Assembly: GCA_938015295.1 (NCBI GenBank)
Contig: CALLQB010000031.1
Span: 1 to 64,000 of the forward strand
Direction of reading: 5' to 3'
Origin: an uncultured Acidimicrobiales bacterium
GTDB lineage: Bacteria; Actinomycetota; Acidimicrobiia; Acidimicrobiales; SHLQ01
Length of the DNA: 64,000 nt
A program made the position numbers and the translations under genes. Shown piece by piece: positions 25,569 to 35,477 of the stretch; within the stretch, counting starts at the first letter, position 1, and each line of letters starts with the position of its first letter. Below the pieces are notes generated by a model. That model was not told the DNA's origin. It worked only from the letters and a program-made list of their open reading frames with translations, and made no database searches.

Positions 25569-27776
25569 GTGCGATCGCTTCAAAAGACAGCAACTGTTCT
25601 CGTTCTCGTGCTTGCACTGGTGGTGAGCGTGCTCACGCTCACCGTCGGCTCAGCCTCGGCATCGTCAGCGGGGTTCTTCCCAGATGACGTCAATGTCATC
25701 GACGGCCCGCTCGCCTGTCAAGACACCGTGTGGAACGAACTCTCCGGCGAGCGCAGCGTGCGGGTCACCTCACAGATGGCGCTCATCGATCCGCAACCTG
25801 GCGAAACGATCGTCAGCGTCACGATGGACGTCTCGTCGGTGCAGGCTGGTATCAACATCAGCGATCTCGAGGTCACCAACACGCTGAGCACTCCCAACCT
25901 GACCGCTCAGGTCATCGAGGCATACCCGGGCCAGGCGTCAGCCGCTTTCGGTGTCTTCGCCGACCTCGATCTGCCAGCGCCGCACGTCTATACGGTCACC
26001 ACTCGCTGGACCACCACAACCGGACAGGTGTACATCGACTCCCGCTCGCACAACGTGTCGCGACCATACATTTGGACCTACGCCCTTGCCGGTTCGTTCG
26101 GCAACAACGTCACCAACCTCGCGGACTACCCGCGGCCCTATCCCGACGGCGTGAATTACCCCGTCAACTCAACCAATCAGGAAATCGGTCTAGGAGATAC
26201 GTTGAGCGTGACCGCCAGCGCTTTCACCTGCGGCGGCTCTCAGGTAGTTCTGGCACGAGACCCATCGACCTATGCACTGTCGTTCGAGCGGGCGTTCATC
26301 GAAACATCAACGGTTCGATCCGCTGCCTGGGACGACGCCGCGCCCGGCGGTGGCGAAAATATTGAGACCTTCTTCGCTCTCAGCCCAACCTCGGTCAATC
26401 AGATGACCGCTTCGATCACCATTTCGCAAGCGCTGCTTGATCCGGCGGGTCCGTACTTCGGATCCGGAGACATCGAAGCCTTCAACCGCTGGGACTTCAC
26501 CGTGCGACGCGATGGCGAGGTCTTTGACGGCCCCAACGACGTGCCGGATTTCTTCGGCCCCGTCGAAAGCGGTTTCATCATCACCCAGGTGGGCGAATTC
26601 GTTCCCCCAGTCACGGAAACGACCCTCGAGTTGGGCGGCGGTCCACTCGGCGAAGCAGTCCAGCTTGCCGCAGCCCAATGCGTTTCCGGCGAACCGCGCT
26701 ACTCGGTCATCGTGTATCTCGAAGGAACCGAAATCCCCGAGCTACGCGACGCTGCACCCACGGGCGAGCCTGACATTGTGCTTGAGTATTCGACCGACGG
26801 CGGCACCACCTGGTCGAGCATCGACTACACCATCGACACGCCGCTAGGCGATCGCGTGGGTATTGCGTTCATTTGGGAAGGTTCGCTACAGAACTTCGAC
26901 CTGCGAGCAAGTACCCGCCTCGGCAATACCTTCGAACTCAACGACCTACCCGCCACGGTGTTCCGGGCCGGACCGCTCTATCAAGCGCCGATTACCGTCA
27001 CGCTTGTCGAGGCCGCAGCGGGCGACACAGGTGCCGGCGACATCATCGTCGACAGTAACGACCGCGCAGAGGTCATCGTTGAAGTGCGCTCATGCGAAAC
27101 CGGCGAACTGACCGCGACCGAACAAAGCCAGTTCCAGGCAACGGCCAGCGATGTCACCGAACCGTCCACCAACGTCGAAGTCTACGGTTTCGACGACTCG
27201 AGCTTTTCGCCGTTCGCAAGTGTCACTGCCGAGCTCAGCCTCGGCATCTACCAGGTAACCGTTTCTGGACTTGGCTACAGTCTCTCGACAATTCTGCGCC
27301 CCAATGACACGGTGAACTACAACCTCCTCATCGCACCGCCGTGGGGCGAACCCATCAGCACCCGTCGGGTGTATGTACGTGGCGAGTCAGCCGGCTCAGC
27401 CGAACATGAAGAGATCATCATCGCCTACCTCACCACACAGCCCCTGACCGACAACAACGGTGACGTGCGGCCATGGGTCTTTGGCAACGAGGCAACGTAT
27501 GAGAATCTTCTGCTGACTATCGACGCCGTCCTGGAGGATGCTTCGCTTTCCGCTGTCGACAAGATCATCGAGACAAAGCGTCTACTCCGACTGTACGAGT
27601 CGACCTACCGCGACGACTTCAAGGACTACAGGGCGCCGCTACTGTCGAACAAGAAGCTCGACAAGAGCGAGTACAAGGCAGATCTTGAGGCATTCAAGTT
27701 GTTCGACAAGCAGCTTCGCGCTTTCATCGAATCGGACTTCTTCCTGAGCGCCTACGACTTCTCGTCCGGCGCGTGA
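25569..27776 (+). CDS. Large secreted protein, function unknown
   Basis: The ORF 25338..27776 is trimmed to the GTG at 25569, with AAGGAAA upstream. VRSLQKTATVLVLVLALVVSVLTLTVGSASASSA is a signal peptide. No recognisable catalytic motif. It has a Lys-rich helical C-terminus. Confidence 0.6.
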   Translation: MRSLQKTATVLVLVLALVVSVLTLTVGSASASSAGFFPDDVNVIDGPLACQDTVWNELSGERSVRVTSQMALIDPQPGETIVSVTMDVSSVQAGINISDLEVTNTLSTPNLTAQVIEAYPGQASAAFGVFADLDLPAPHVYTVTTRWTTTTGQVYIDSRSHNVSRPYIWTYALAGSFGNNVTNLADYPRPYPDGVNYPVNSTNQEIGLGDTLSVTASAFTCGGSQVVLARDPSTYALSFERAFIETSTVRSAAWDDAAPGGGENIETFFALSPTSVNQMTASITISQALLDPAGPYFGSGDIEAFNRWDFTVRRDGEVFDGPNDVPDFFGPVESGFIITQVGEFVPPVTETTLELGGGPLGEAVQLAAAQCVSGEPRYSVIVYLEGTEIPELRDAAPTGEPDIVLEYSTDGGTTWSSIDYTIDTPLGDRVGIAFIWEGSLQNFDLRASTRLGNTFELNDLPATVFRAGPLYQAPITVTLVEAAAGDTGAGDIIVDSNDRAEVIVEVRSCETGELTATEQSQFQATASDVTEPSTNVEVYGFDDSSFSPFASVTAELSLGIYQVTVSGLGYSLSTILRPNDTVNYNLLIAPPWGEPISTRRVYVRGESAGSAEHEEIIIAYLTTQPLTDNNGDVRPWVFGNEATYENLLLTIDAVLEDASLSAVDKIIETKRLLRLYESTYRDDFKDYRAPLLSNKKLDKSEYKADLEAFKLFDKQLRAFIESDFFLSAYDFSSGA

Positions 27777-27794
27777 TCGCAGCCCGCTAGCTGT

Positions 27795-27833
27795 GGCGGA
27801 GCAGCTCGCCTTAGTAGCGAGAACTGCTCCGCC
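27795..27833. terminator. Long imperfect hairpin between convergent genes (possible bidirectional terminator, no U-tract)
   Basis: The structure is GGCGGAGCAG-CTCGC-cttagta-GCGAG-aa-CTGCTCCGCC. It overlaps the last codons and stop of the RarD-like gene. Confidence 0.35.
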
Positions 27834-28752
27834 GAGAAACGATCATCGATTCGGCGGCAAAGATAACCAGCCCCACCCAAATCACTGCGTACCCCACAAC
27901 CTGGCCGCCACGAAACGCTTCGTTGTAGAGCAGCACTCCAACCAGAAACTGGAGTGACGGGTTGACGTACTGCACCAACCCGACGATCGACAGTGGGACA
28001 AGTCGAACGCCGCTGGCGAAAGCAACGAGCGGCACCGCAGTGACTACCGACGTCAAAAGCAGCAGCACCACAACGCGTTCGTCGCCAAACGACATCGAGG
28101 ACGAGCCGTTTGCCTGCCGGGCGATGAGATACCCGGCCAACGGAAGTACCAGAAACATCACTTCAAGGCTCAGTCCATCAAGCGCCTCAAAGGCGGCACT
28201 TTTGCGCAGCGCGCCATAGATGCCAAACGAGATCGCCAGTGTTAAGGCAACCCACGGCATGGTCCCGACATCTATCGCCAACCACAGCACTCCGAGTCCG
28301 GCCAGACCCACGCAGAACCACTGCACCGGCCGCAACCGTTCATGAAAGAAGAGTCGGCCAAACACGACCGACACTAGGGGTAAAAGGAAATAGCCCAGGG
28401 CAGACTCTATGACTCGGTCCTCCCCTACCGCCCAGATGAAGATCGCCCAGTTCGCGAACAACATCACCGCCGTGACCGCAGCGATGAGGAGATTGCGCGG
28501 CACGCGAGCTATCGCAAAAAATGACCGCCAACGGCCCCGTGCCGTGTGCACTGCGGCCAACAGCAGCGTCGTCCAGACAACTCGATGCGCAACCGCTTCA
28601 AAGGCGGCAACACTCGTTAGCTGCTTCCAGAAAATGGGCGAAAGTCCCCACCACACGTTCGCGGCCACCACGAGTCCAAGGCCCAGACCGAGACTCGGAC
28701 TTTCGTCGGCACCGCTGCTCAAACCCGCCGAGCGGATTGCGGGTTCATCCAC
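27811..28752 (-). CDS. rarD: EamA/RarD family DMT transporter
   Basis: WWGLSPIFWKQL is a RarD-type first-helix motif, and the protein has about 10 TM segments. The long ORF to 29052 would overlap the divergent gene, so I chose the GTG at 28752. The start remains uncertain. Confidence 0.75.
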   Translation of the reverse strand: MDEPAIRSAGLSSGADESPSLGLGLGLVVAANVWWGLSPIFWKQLTSVAAFEAVAHRVVWTTLLLAAVHTARGRWRSFFAIARVPRNLLIAAVTAVMLFANWAIFIWAVGEDRVIESALGYFLLPLVSVVFGRLFFHERLRPVQWFCVGLAGLGVLWLAIDVGTMPWVALTLAISFGIYGALRKSAAFEALDGLSLEVMFLVLPLAGYLIARQANGSSSMSFGDERVVVLLLLTSVVTAVPLVAFASGVRLVPLSIVGLVQYVNPSLQFLVGVLLYNEAFRGGQVVGYAVIWVGLVIFAAESMIVSRRSSSRY

Positions 28753-28784
28753 CAGCCTGAGCGTACCGGTGCCATGCTGGACCA

Positions 28785-29390
28785 ATGCAGTCGGCCCATT
28801 CTCCTGTTTGGTACGTCGCGTTCGGCTCGAACCTCCTCGGCACCCGTCTCCGCGCCTACCTCGAGGGCACCGCCGTTCCCGGCTCGTCACAACGATTTGT
28901 TGAGCAAGGCGCCCGCGATCCAAGCCCTCCACGCGCCGATGAATCGATGCTGCTCCGCCATGAGTTGTACTTCGCCGGAAATTCGAACCGCTGGGGAGGA
29001 GGCGGCGTCGCTTTTGTCGACCCACGGCCGAGCGAGGCGCAAACCCTGGCACGGCGCTACCTGATCAGCTGGGATCAACTCGAAGATATTCACCGGCAAG
29101 AGAACCGCTCCGCCACGATTGAGCCGGCGAGCGAAACCGACCTCGAAAAACTCGGTGCACTCAAGCTCTACGGCGGCTCATATGAGACCCTATTGTGGTG
29201 TGGCCGACATATCGACGGAGCGCCGATGGTCACGATAACGAGCGGCATCCGGCGACCGGCCAACCCTCCGTCGGTCGACTATCTCGAGGTCATCGGGCGA
29301 GGTCTTACCGAATTGGGCCACAACGCCGACGAAATTAGCGCCTACCTGAGCGCTCATCGAGCTTCCGATAGAGATGGTGCGGTCGAATGA
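28785..29390 (+). CDS. Gamma-glutamylcyclotransferase-like (AIG2/GGCT fold) protein, tentative
   Basis: The VWYVAFGSNLL N-terminus resembles the YFAYGSN motif of GGCT-like proteins. The rest is unrecognised. Confidence 0.4.
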   Translation: MQSAHSPVWYVAFGSNLLGTRLRAYLEGTAVPGSSQRFVEQGARDPSPPRADESMLLRHELYFAGNSNRWGGGGVAFVDPRPSEAQTLARRYLISWDQLEDIHRQENRSATIEPASETDLEKLGALKLYGGSYETLLWCGRHIDGAPMVTITSGIRRPANPPSVDYLEVIGRGLTELGHNADEISAYLSAHRASDRDGAVE

Positions 29391-29841
29391 CCCAACAACG
29401 CTCAGAAAGCGATACGGTTTCATCTGCATGGCACGAGAATTTGATCCCTCCGCACCGCTGAAACCACACACCAAAGTTCGATCGGTCATCGATCTTGCTG
29501 GTGTGCCCAAGTTCAGCAATGGCAAAGTTGAAATAGCGAACGGCATCACCTGGCTGCGTTACTGGGTGCGCTTCGACAACGGCGAACTCATCGGCCACGT
29601 CAGCCACGGCGATGTCATCCCCGTGAAACACTGGCCGGCCTACCTGGTGCATAAAGAACAACTCGACCTCGAGGCCGCAGCAGCCGAGGCACGAGCAGCT
29701 GCCGCAGCCGAGTCGGGAACAACCGACAGTGGTGGCGGTGCCGCGGTGTCCGGCGACGCACCAGTGGTCAACGGCGTCACTATCCCACCACATCTGATCG
29801 CGGCGTCCGCCGCCGCCCGGATACGTCTCGGCGCAGCCTGA
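29374..29841 (+). CDS. Hypothetical protein with an Ala-rich C-terminus
   Basis: 155-aa ORF with a codon pattern like its neighbours. The alternative start is at 29428. I recognised no motif. Confidence 0.35.
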   Translation: MVRSNDPTTLRKRYGFICMAREFDPSAPLKPHTKVRSVIDLAGVPKFSNGKVEIANGITWLRYWVRFDNGELIGHVSHGDVIPVKHWPAYLVHKEQLDLEAAAAEARAAAAAESGTTDSGGGAAVSGDAPVVNGVTIPPHLIAASAAARIRLGAA

Positions 29842-29857
29842 GACCGAGCTCGTTTCC

Positions 29858-30700
29858 TTGTCATCCTGGTCAGCTGCCCTGTCACCCGCGGCCGAGCGGT
29901 ATCTCGACCTACTCACCGGGTGTCTGACTCGAGAACTCTTCCTCGACGAAGAGGTCCGCAATATCAACCTTGCGGACTGGCCCGGTACGAACGACGAACG
30001 CGACGGTATTCGAGCGACGTTGCGGCGCAACAAGTGGCGGGTGGTGCAAAGCGGTGGCGATGCCGAGGTTCGCGGCGTCGGGCACGACTGGCCGCCAACC
30101 GCCGAAACCATGGTCGGCCGAGCGAGACTCGACAACGCACGAACCCTCGCAACCCGCGCGGTGCTCGACGGGGTTCCCGGCGACTTCATCGAAACCGGCG
30201 TCTGGCGCGGCGGAGTAACCATTCTCTTCCGAGCGATCCTTGAGGCGTACGACGCGTCCGATCGCAAAGTCTGGGTTGCCGACAGCTTCGAGGGCCTACC
30301 CGCTCCGAATGCAGAGCAGTATCCGGCTGACGAAGGCGTCGACTTGTCTGGTGTCGACGCGCTGAAAATTGGTGTCGATGCAGTGAAGGCAAACTTCGCC
30401 CGATACGGACTGCTCGATGATCAAGTCGAGTTCCTCGTCGGATGGTTCTCCGATACGTTGCCCAGCGCTCCCATCGAACAGCTTGCCGTGCTACGCCTCG
30501 ACGGCGATCTCTACGAATCGACCATGGATGCCATCAGCGCGCTCGAGCCAAAGGTGTCGTCGGGCGGCTATGTGATCGTCGACGACTACGGCGCCTTCGA
30601 CCCCTGCAAAAAGGCCGTCGACGACTACCGGGCCGCCAACGGCATCACCGACGCACTGACCACCGTCGACTGGACCGGCGTATGGTGGCAGAAATCATGA
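29858..30700 (+). CDS. TylF/MycF-type (macrocin O-methyltransferase family) SAM-dependent methyltransferase
   Basis: GDFIETGVWRGG, VWVADSFEGLP, LRLDGDLYEST and GGYVIVDDY are characteristic TylF-family blocks. Confidence 0.82.
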   Translation: MSSWSAALSPAAERYLDLLTGCLTRELFLDEEVRNINLADWPGTNDERDGIRATLRRNKWRVVQSGGDAEVRGVGHDWPPTAETMVGRARLDNARTLATRAVLDGVPGDFIETGVWRGGVTILFRAILEAYDASDRKVWVADSFEGLPAPNAEQYPADEGVDLSGVDALKIGVDAVKANFARYGLLDDQVEFLVGWFSDTLPSAPIEQLAVLRLDGDLYESTMDAISALEPKVSSGGYVIVDDYGAFDPCKKAVDDYRAANGITDALTTVDWTGVWWQKS

Positions 30701-31311
30701 CCGAGTATCCGACGTACTATCACTTGTTGGCCGATCTCCATCGCCGCAAGAAACCCCGCACCTACGTCGAGATCGGCGTGCACGAAGGCCACTCTCTTGG
30801 GCTGGTCGGCGCCGACACCCGTGTCGTCGGCATCGATCCGGAGCCCAAGATAACCACTGAACTCCCCCGCTCCGTCACCATTGTTGCCAACACCAGCGAT
30901 GCGTACTTTGCCTCACCCGAGGGCGCCGCTCCGTTCGGCGATGACCCGATCGACCTCGCATTCATCGATGGGATGCACCACGTCGAGTTTGCGTTGCGCG
31001 ACTTCATAAACATCGAGCGACTGAGCTCACCAGACTCGACGATCCTGGTCCACGACTGCGTGCCAATCGACGAAGAGACGGCTAGCCGAGAGCGATCGAC
31101 AGTGATCTGGAGCGGCGATATCTGGAAGTTGATTCCCTTCCTTCGACAACACCGCCCTGACCTTGCAATCACCGTCCATGAGGTCGAGCCGACCGGCCTC
31201 GCCGAAATCACCAACCTCGATCCGTCGAGCACGGTGCTCGCCGATCGGTACGACGAACTCGTCGACGAACTTATTGCCATGCGGTTCGAGGACCGGCCGC
31301 ACGCCTCCTAG
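30697..31311 (+). CDS. Class I SAM-dependent methyltransferase (Methyltransf_24-like)
   Basis: The ATG at 30697 overlaps the upstream TGA (ATGA). The calling motifs are YVEIGVHEGHSL and AFIDGMHHVEFALRD. Confidence 0.7.
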   Translation: MTEYPTYYHLLADLHRRKKPRTYVEIGVHEGHSLGLVGADTRVVGIDPEPKITTELPRSVTIVANTSDAYFASPEGAAPFGDDPIDLAFIDGMHHVEFALRDFINIERLSSPDSTILVHDCVPIDEETASRERSTVIWSGDIWKLIPFLRQHRPDLAITVHEVEPTGLAEITNLDPSSTVLADRYDELVDELIAMRFEDRPHAS

Positions 31312-31314
31312 GAA

Positions 31315-32262
31315 CTATTTCACGTACTGGGTGGCCAGCTCGTCGAGGATTGCCAAACACCCTTCGGCGGTCTCCGCAAGGATGTCGGCAACGGGGCGCA
31401 CGCTGTCGATTCGCCCGGCTACTTCGCCACATAGCGCCAGCGCAGCGTTCATGTCCCCACCAAAATACAGGTCGGCCATCCCGGCCATCGCCGTCATGGC
31501 ATTGGTGTCGGTATCGAACTTCAGCGCCGTAGACGTGTCGGTCTTGAGTGCCCTCAGCGCTGGCGAAGTGTGGCTGTTGAGAAAGACCGTATCGGTCTCG
31601 GCTGCATCGACGATTGCTTGCTTCCAGTTCGTATGAATCGGTGACTCGGCGGCCGAGACCATACGGGTGCCCATCTGGATAGCTTCAGCGCCTAAGGCTA
31701 GGGCCGCGGCCATCGTCTGGCCGTCGACGAAACCACCAGCCGCCACGATCGGCACATCGACCTTCGAGCGCACGAGGGGCAGCAAGACCATGCTTGCCAC
31801 CGGGACCGGATTCTTGAACCCGCCACCTTCTCCGCCTTCGACCACGAGGCCGTCGACGCCAGCGTCTACCGCCTTCAGCGCTCCTCGCAACGTCGGCACA
31901 ACGTGGAACACCGTGAGACCGGCATCTTTCAATTGCGAGGTGTAGGCCTCGGGGTTACCAGCGGAGGTCGTCACAAACTTAACGCCCTGGTCGATCACAA
32001 AGTCGACGATTCCCGGATCGCGCACAAAGGCCTGCGCAATGTTCACGCCGAAGGGCTTGTCGGTGAGATCGCGCATCTTGCGAATCTCTTCTTTCACTGC
32101 ATCCAATTCACCAGAGGATGTTTCGATGATGCCCAAACCGCCCGCCTCAGAAACGGCTGAAGCGAGCTGGGAGCGGGCAATCCATCCCATAGGAGCTTGG
32201 ATGACGGGGATCTCGATTCCGAGCATGTCGGTGATGCGGTTCTGAAAGGCCATGCGCAGCAC
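31315..32262 (-). CDS. Nitronate monooxygenase / FabK-like FMN oxidoreductase
   Basis: IEIPVIQAPMGWIA, GLGII and AAGGFVDG are NMO family motifs. Confidence 0.85.
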   Translation of the reverse strand: MLRMAFQNRITDMLGIEIPVIQAPMGWIARSQLASAVSEAGGLGIIETSSGELDAVKEEIRKMRDLTDKPFGVNIAQAFVRDPGIVDFVIDQGVKFVTTSAGNPEAYTSQLKDAGLTVFHVVPTLRGALKAVDAGVDGLVVEGGEGGGFKNPVPVASMVLLPLVRSKVDVPIVAAGGFVDGQTMAAALALGAEAIQMGTRMVSAAESPIHTNWKQAIVDAAETDTVFLNSHTSPALRALKTDTSTALKFDTDTNAMTAMAGMADLYFGGDMNAALALCGEVAGRIDSVRPVADILAETAEGCLAILDELATQYVK

Positions 32263-32278
32263 GGTAGTGTCCAGAGTG

Positions 32279-32695
32279 ATGAACGTTGTAGTTATCTATG
32301 AGAGCCGATCCGGCAACACCAAGTACGCAGCCGAACTCATTGCTTCGGGCGTGATCCGCGATGGCGGAACCGCTGCTGCGTATCCATCCACAGCAGTCGA
32401 TCTTCATGCTGTATCCCAGGCCGATTTGATCGTGGTCGGCACCTGGACCGACGGGCTGTTCTTTTTCGGACAGCGGCCCGGGGGCTCAATGCGGCTCTGG
32501 CAGATGCCCGAAATCCATCACAAGCGCGCCGCGGTGTTCTGCACCTACGCCAAGAACCCGGGCAAAACTGTCGACAAGCTAGCGAGACTTGTCGAGGGCA
32601 AGGGCGCAACCGTGGTGGGTGGCAACGCCTTTCATCGCAACCGGCTGGAAGAAGAGGTCGAGGGGTTCGTCGACGGACTCCTCACGTTGGTCTGA
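32279..32695 (+). CDS. Flavodoxin-family protein
   Basis: MNVVVIYESRSGNTKYAA is a flavodoxin FMN-phosphate loop (S/T-x-T-G-x-T-like). Confidence 0.7.
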   Translation: MNVVVIYESRSGNTKYAAELIASGVIRDGGTAAAYPSTAVDLHAVSQADLIVVGTWTDGLFFFGQRPGGSMRLWQMPEIHHKRAAVFCTYAKNPGKTVDKLARLVEGKGATVVGGNAFHRNRLEEEVEGFVDGLLTLV

Positions 32696-32698
32696 CCA

Positions 32699-34261
32699 AT
32701 GTCGTTTCAGGCGCTGGTCGACACGTCGTCGCAGGTCGCCGCAACCTCGAAACGCACCGAAAAAACTGCGTTGCTCGCAGCACTTCTGGCGCCGTTGTCG
32801 CCAGACGATACCGTCGTCGCGCTGGGGTTGTTGAGCGGCGAGCCGAGACAAGGCCGTATCGGCGTCGGATGGTCAGCAATCTCGAACATCGATGCGCAAC
32901 CGTCCGCAACTCCAACCCTCAAGATTGCAACGATCGATGCCGCCATCGTTGCGCTGGCCGAGACAACAGGGCCCGGTTCAGCCTCGCGAAGGGCCGAACA
33001 GCTCCATGCCTTGTTTTCTGCCGCTACGGCGTCCGAAGCCGACTATCTGAAGAGATTTTTCGTCGGCGAAATCAGGCAGGGGGCACTCGAGGGCATTCTC
33101 GCTGACGCGATCGCTAAGGCGCACGGAGTTCCCGGAACCCTGGTGCGGCGAGCGGCGATGCTTTCTGGCGATCTCCGACGAGCAGCAGAAGCCGTCGTCC
33201 GTGACGGACGGCGTGGACTCGAAGCACTAGGGCTCACCGTCCTCACCGGAGTGCAACCAATGCTCGCATCGACCTCCACTGATGTGGCCGAGGCATTGGC
33301 GGCAACTGGACCAGCCTCGGTCGAGTGGAAACTTGACGGCGCCCGGATACAGGTACACCGCAGTGGCGACGAGGTCCAGATTTTCACGCGGAATCTCAAT
33401 GACATCACCAGCAGGCTGCCAGCAATGGTTGCGGCGGTGAGATCCCTGCCTGTGGCATCGGTCGTGCTTGACGGCGAGACGCTGAGCATTGGCGGCGATG
33501 AACGGCCCGAAACGTTCCAAGAGACGATGTCGCGGTTCAGCCAAGACTCGCCCGATGACCGTGGGCTCCGACCCTTCTTTTTCGACATTTTGCACGTCGA
33601 TGGCCGAGACCTGATCGACCTCCCGCTTCACGAGCGGCTAGCTGAACTCGAACGGGTCGCCGGGCAGTACCGGATTCCGGCGGAAACGACGGGCGACCCT
33701 GCCGTTGCCGCCACAGTCCTCGAGCAAGCGCTGTCAAGCGGGCACGAAGGCGTGATGGTCAAGGGTCTTGATGGGCTCTACCAGGCAGGCCGTCGGGGCA
33801 AATCGTGGCGGAAAGTGAAGCCGGTACACACCCTTGACCTCGTGGTGCTCGGAGCCGAATGGGGACACGGACGTCGATCCGGATGGTTGTCGAACCTGCA
33901 CCTGGGTGCACGCATCGATGATGCTTCCGGCACTGGGTCAGATGATTTTTTGATGGTCGGTAAAACCTTTAAGGGCCTCACCGATGAGCTCCTTCGTTGG
34001 CAGACCGCCGAGTTCCCCGCAAAAGTTGTCAGCGAATCCCGCGGCACGGTGTCGCTCCAGCCGCACTTCATCGTCGAGATTGCGCTCGACGGGGCCCAGT
34101 CTTCAACAACATATCCGGGCGGGGTCGCACTACGGTTCGCGCGAGTGCGGCGTTACCGCGAAGACAAACTGCTCAGCGAAGTCGACACCATCAACGCTGT
34201 GCGAAAGCTCCTGAAAGAGCGGCCAAGGCAAGAGAGCGAAAAGAACGACAGCTCACAGTAG
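32699..34261 (+). CDS. lig: ATP-dependent DNA ligase
   Basis: 520 aa. It has adenylation motif I EWKLDGARIQ (KxDG), motif IV LDGE and motif V EGVMVKG, plus an N-terminal DNA-binding domain and an OB C-terminus. Confidence 0.9.
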   Translation: MSFQALVDTSSQVAATSKRTEKTALLAALLAPLSPDDTVVALGLLSGEPRQGRIGVGWSAISNIDAQPSATPTLKIATIDAAIVALAETTGPGSASRRAEQLHALFSAATASEADYLKRFFVGEIRQGALEGILADAIAKAHGVPGTLVRRAAMLSGDLRRAAEAVVRDGRRGLEALGLTVLTGVQPMLASTSTDVAEALAATGPASVEWKLDGARIQVHRSGDEVQIFTRNLNDITSRLPAMVAAVRSLPVASVVLDGETLSIGGDERPETFQETMSRFSQDSPDDRGLRPFFFDILHVDGRDLIDLPLHERLAELERVAGQYRIPAETTGDPAVAATVLEQALSSGHEGVMVKGLDGLYQAGRRGKSWRKVKPVHTLDLVVLGAEWGHGRRSGWLSNLHLGARIDDASGTGSDDFLMVGKTFKGLTDELLRWQTAEFPAKVVSESRGTVSLQPHFIVEIALDGAQSSTTYPGGVALRFARVRRYREDKLLSEVDTINAVRKLLKERPRQESEKNDSSQ

Positions 34262-35386
34262 CGCCGTTCCCCTTTGCGGGAGCGACGCGATGATCTGTGG
34301 AATAGCGTCATAGCGTTGCGGGAATTCCTGCGCGATTCGCTCAACAGCAGTCTCCACAGCGTCGTTTCGCACTAGTGCAACGCAAGCGCCAGCGAACCCA
34401 GCACCGGTAAGCCGAGCGCCAATGACGCCGTCGGTCTCGAGTGCAAGCTCCACCATCGCATCGAGCGCCGGCCCCGAAACTTCGTAATCGTCGCGCAGCG
34501 ACTCGTGAGAGGCGACCATCAACGCACCAGCCGTCTCGAAGTCGCTGGCAGCGACAGCGGTCCCCCAATCGACAACCCGCTGGTTCTCGGTGATGACGTG
34601 TCGGGCGCGGCGACGAGCAAGATCATCAACGTCGGATGCGTCAAGCAGATCGATGGTGGCGTGCCGAAGCGAGCTGACGCCCAGTTCAAGGGCAGCGCGT
34701 TCGCAGGTGGAGCGCCGTTCGTTGTACTCCGAGTCGACCAAACCGCGCTTCGTCCCCGTGTGGAGCACCAGCACAACAACTCCTGACGGCATGGTCACAT
34801 GCTCGGAGGTGTAGTCCTCACAGTCGATTCGGCTAACCGATCCTTCGACAGCAGTGGCACAGATGAGCTGATCCATGACGCCACAAGAGACACCAACCCA
34901 TTGGTTCTCGGCGCGCACACATCGCAGCGCCATTTCACTGGCGTCCCACGGCACACCGGCGACTTCTGCCTGCACGCGCGCCACGGCAAGTTCAAGCGCT
35001 GCCGATGACGAGAGCCCCGCCCCCGATGGGATATCGGAAACAAGTGCTGCCTCAAAGCCTCGGATCGGGAGACCATCGGTTGCGAAATGTCGAAGAATTC
35101 CCTGCGGGTAAAGTCCCCAACCAGCGATCTTGTCGACGCTGTCGATATCGAACACCACGGGGTTTGGGTCACCCCCGGTGTAGAGAATTGCGCGACGGTC
35201 GTCTCGCGGCCGGAACGCCATGTCGACCCGCTGTTCGATCGCCATTGGACTGACAAACCCATCGTTATAGTCCGTATGTTCGCCAATGAGGTTCACGCGT
35301 CCGGGCGATGCCACGACCCCTGCAGGGCCTGTACCGAATCGGTCAGCGAAGAGCTGCTCTGCCACGTTGGGTTCGATGTCACTCAT
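34253..35386 (-). CDS. galK: Galactokinase (GHMP kinase)
   Basis: It has the GalK signature PGRVNLIGEHTDYNDGFV and GHMP motif PSGAGLSSSAA. The start is at the ATG at 35386 (MSDIEPN). Confidence 0.88.
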   Translation of the reverse strand: MSDIEPNVAEQLFADRFGTGPAGVVASPGRVNLIGEHTDYNDGFVSPMAIEQRVDMAFRPRDDRRAILYTGGDPNPVVFDIDSVDKIAGWGLYPQGILRHFATDGLPIRGFEAALVSDIPSGAGLSSSAALELAVARVQAEVAGVPWDASEMALRCVRAENQWVGVSCGVMDQLICATAVEGSVSRIDCEDYTSEHVTMPSGVVVLVLHTGTKRGLVDSEYNERRSTCERAALELGVSSLRHATIDLLDASDVDDLARRRARHVITENQRVVDWGTAVAASDFETAGALMVASHESLRDDYEVSGPALDAMVELALETDGVIGARLTGAGFAGACVALVRNDAVETAVERIAQEFPQRYDAIPQIIASLPQRGTALL

Positions 35387-35477
35387 CGACCAAGTTTGCC
35401 TGATGACTGATCGGTTCATCGATGTCGGCGGCGCGAGATTACCGTGAAGCAGTGGGCAGATACGCCAGATGCGATGC

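Noticed and set aside
28753-29052. Extension of the RarD-like ORF to 413 aa; the same issue applies to 30442..30696 and 55503..55784.
   Set aside because: The extensions are Arg-rich and overlap better-supported genes on the other strand or frame. Internal starts give family-typical lengths and translational coupling (ATGA).
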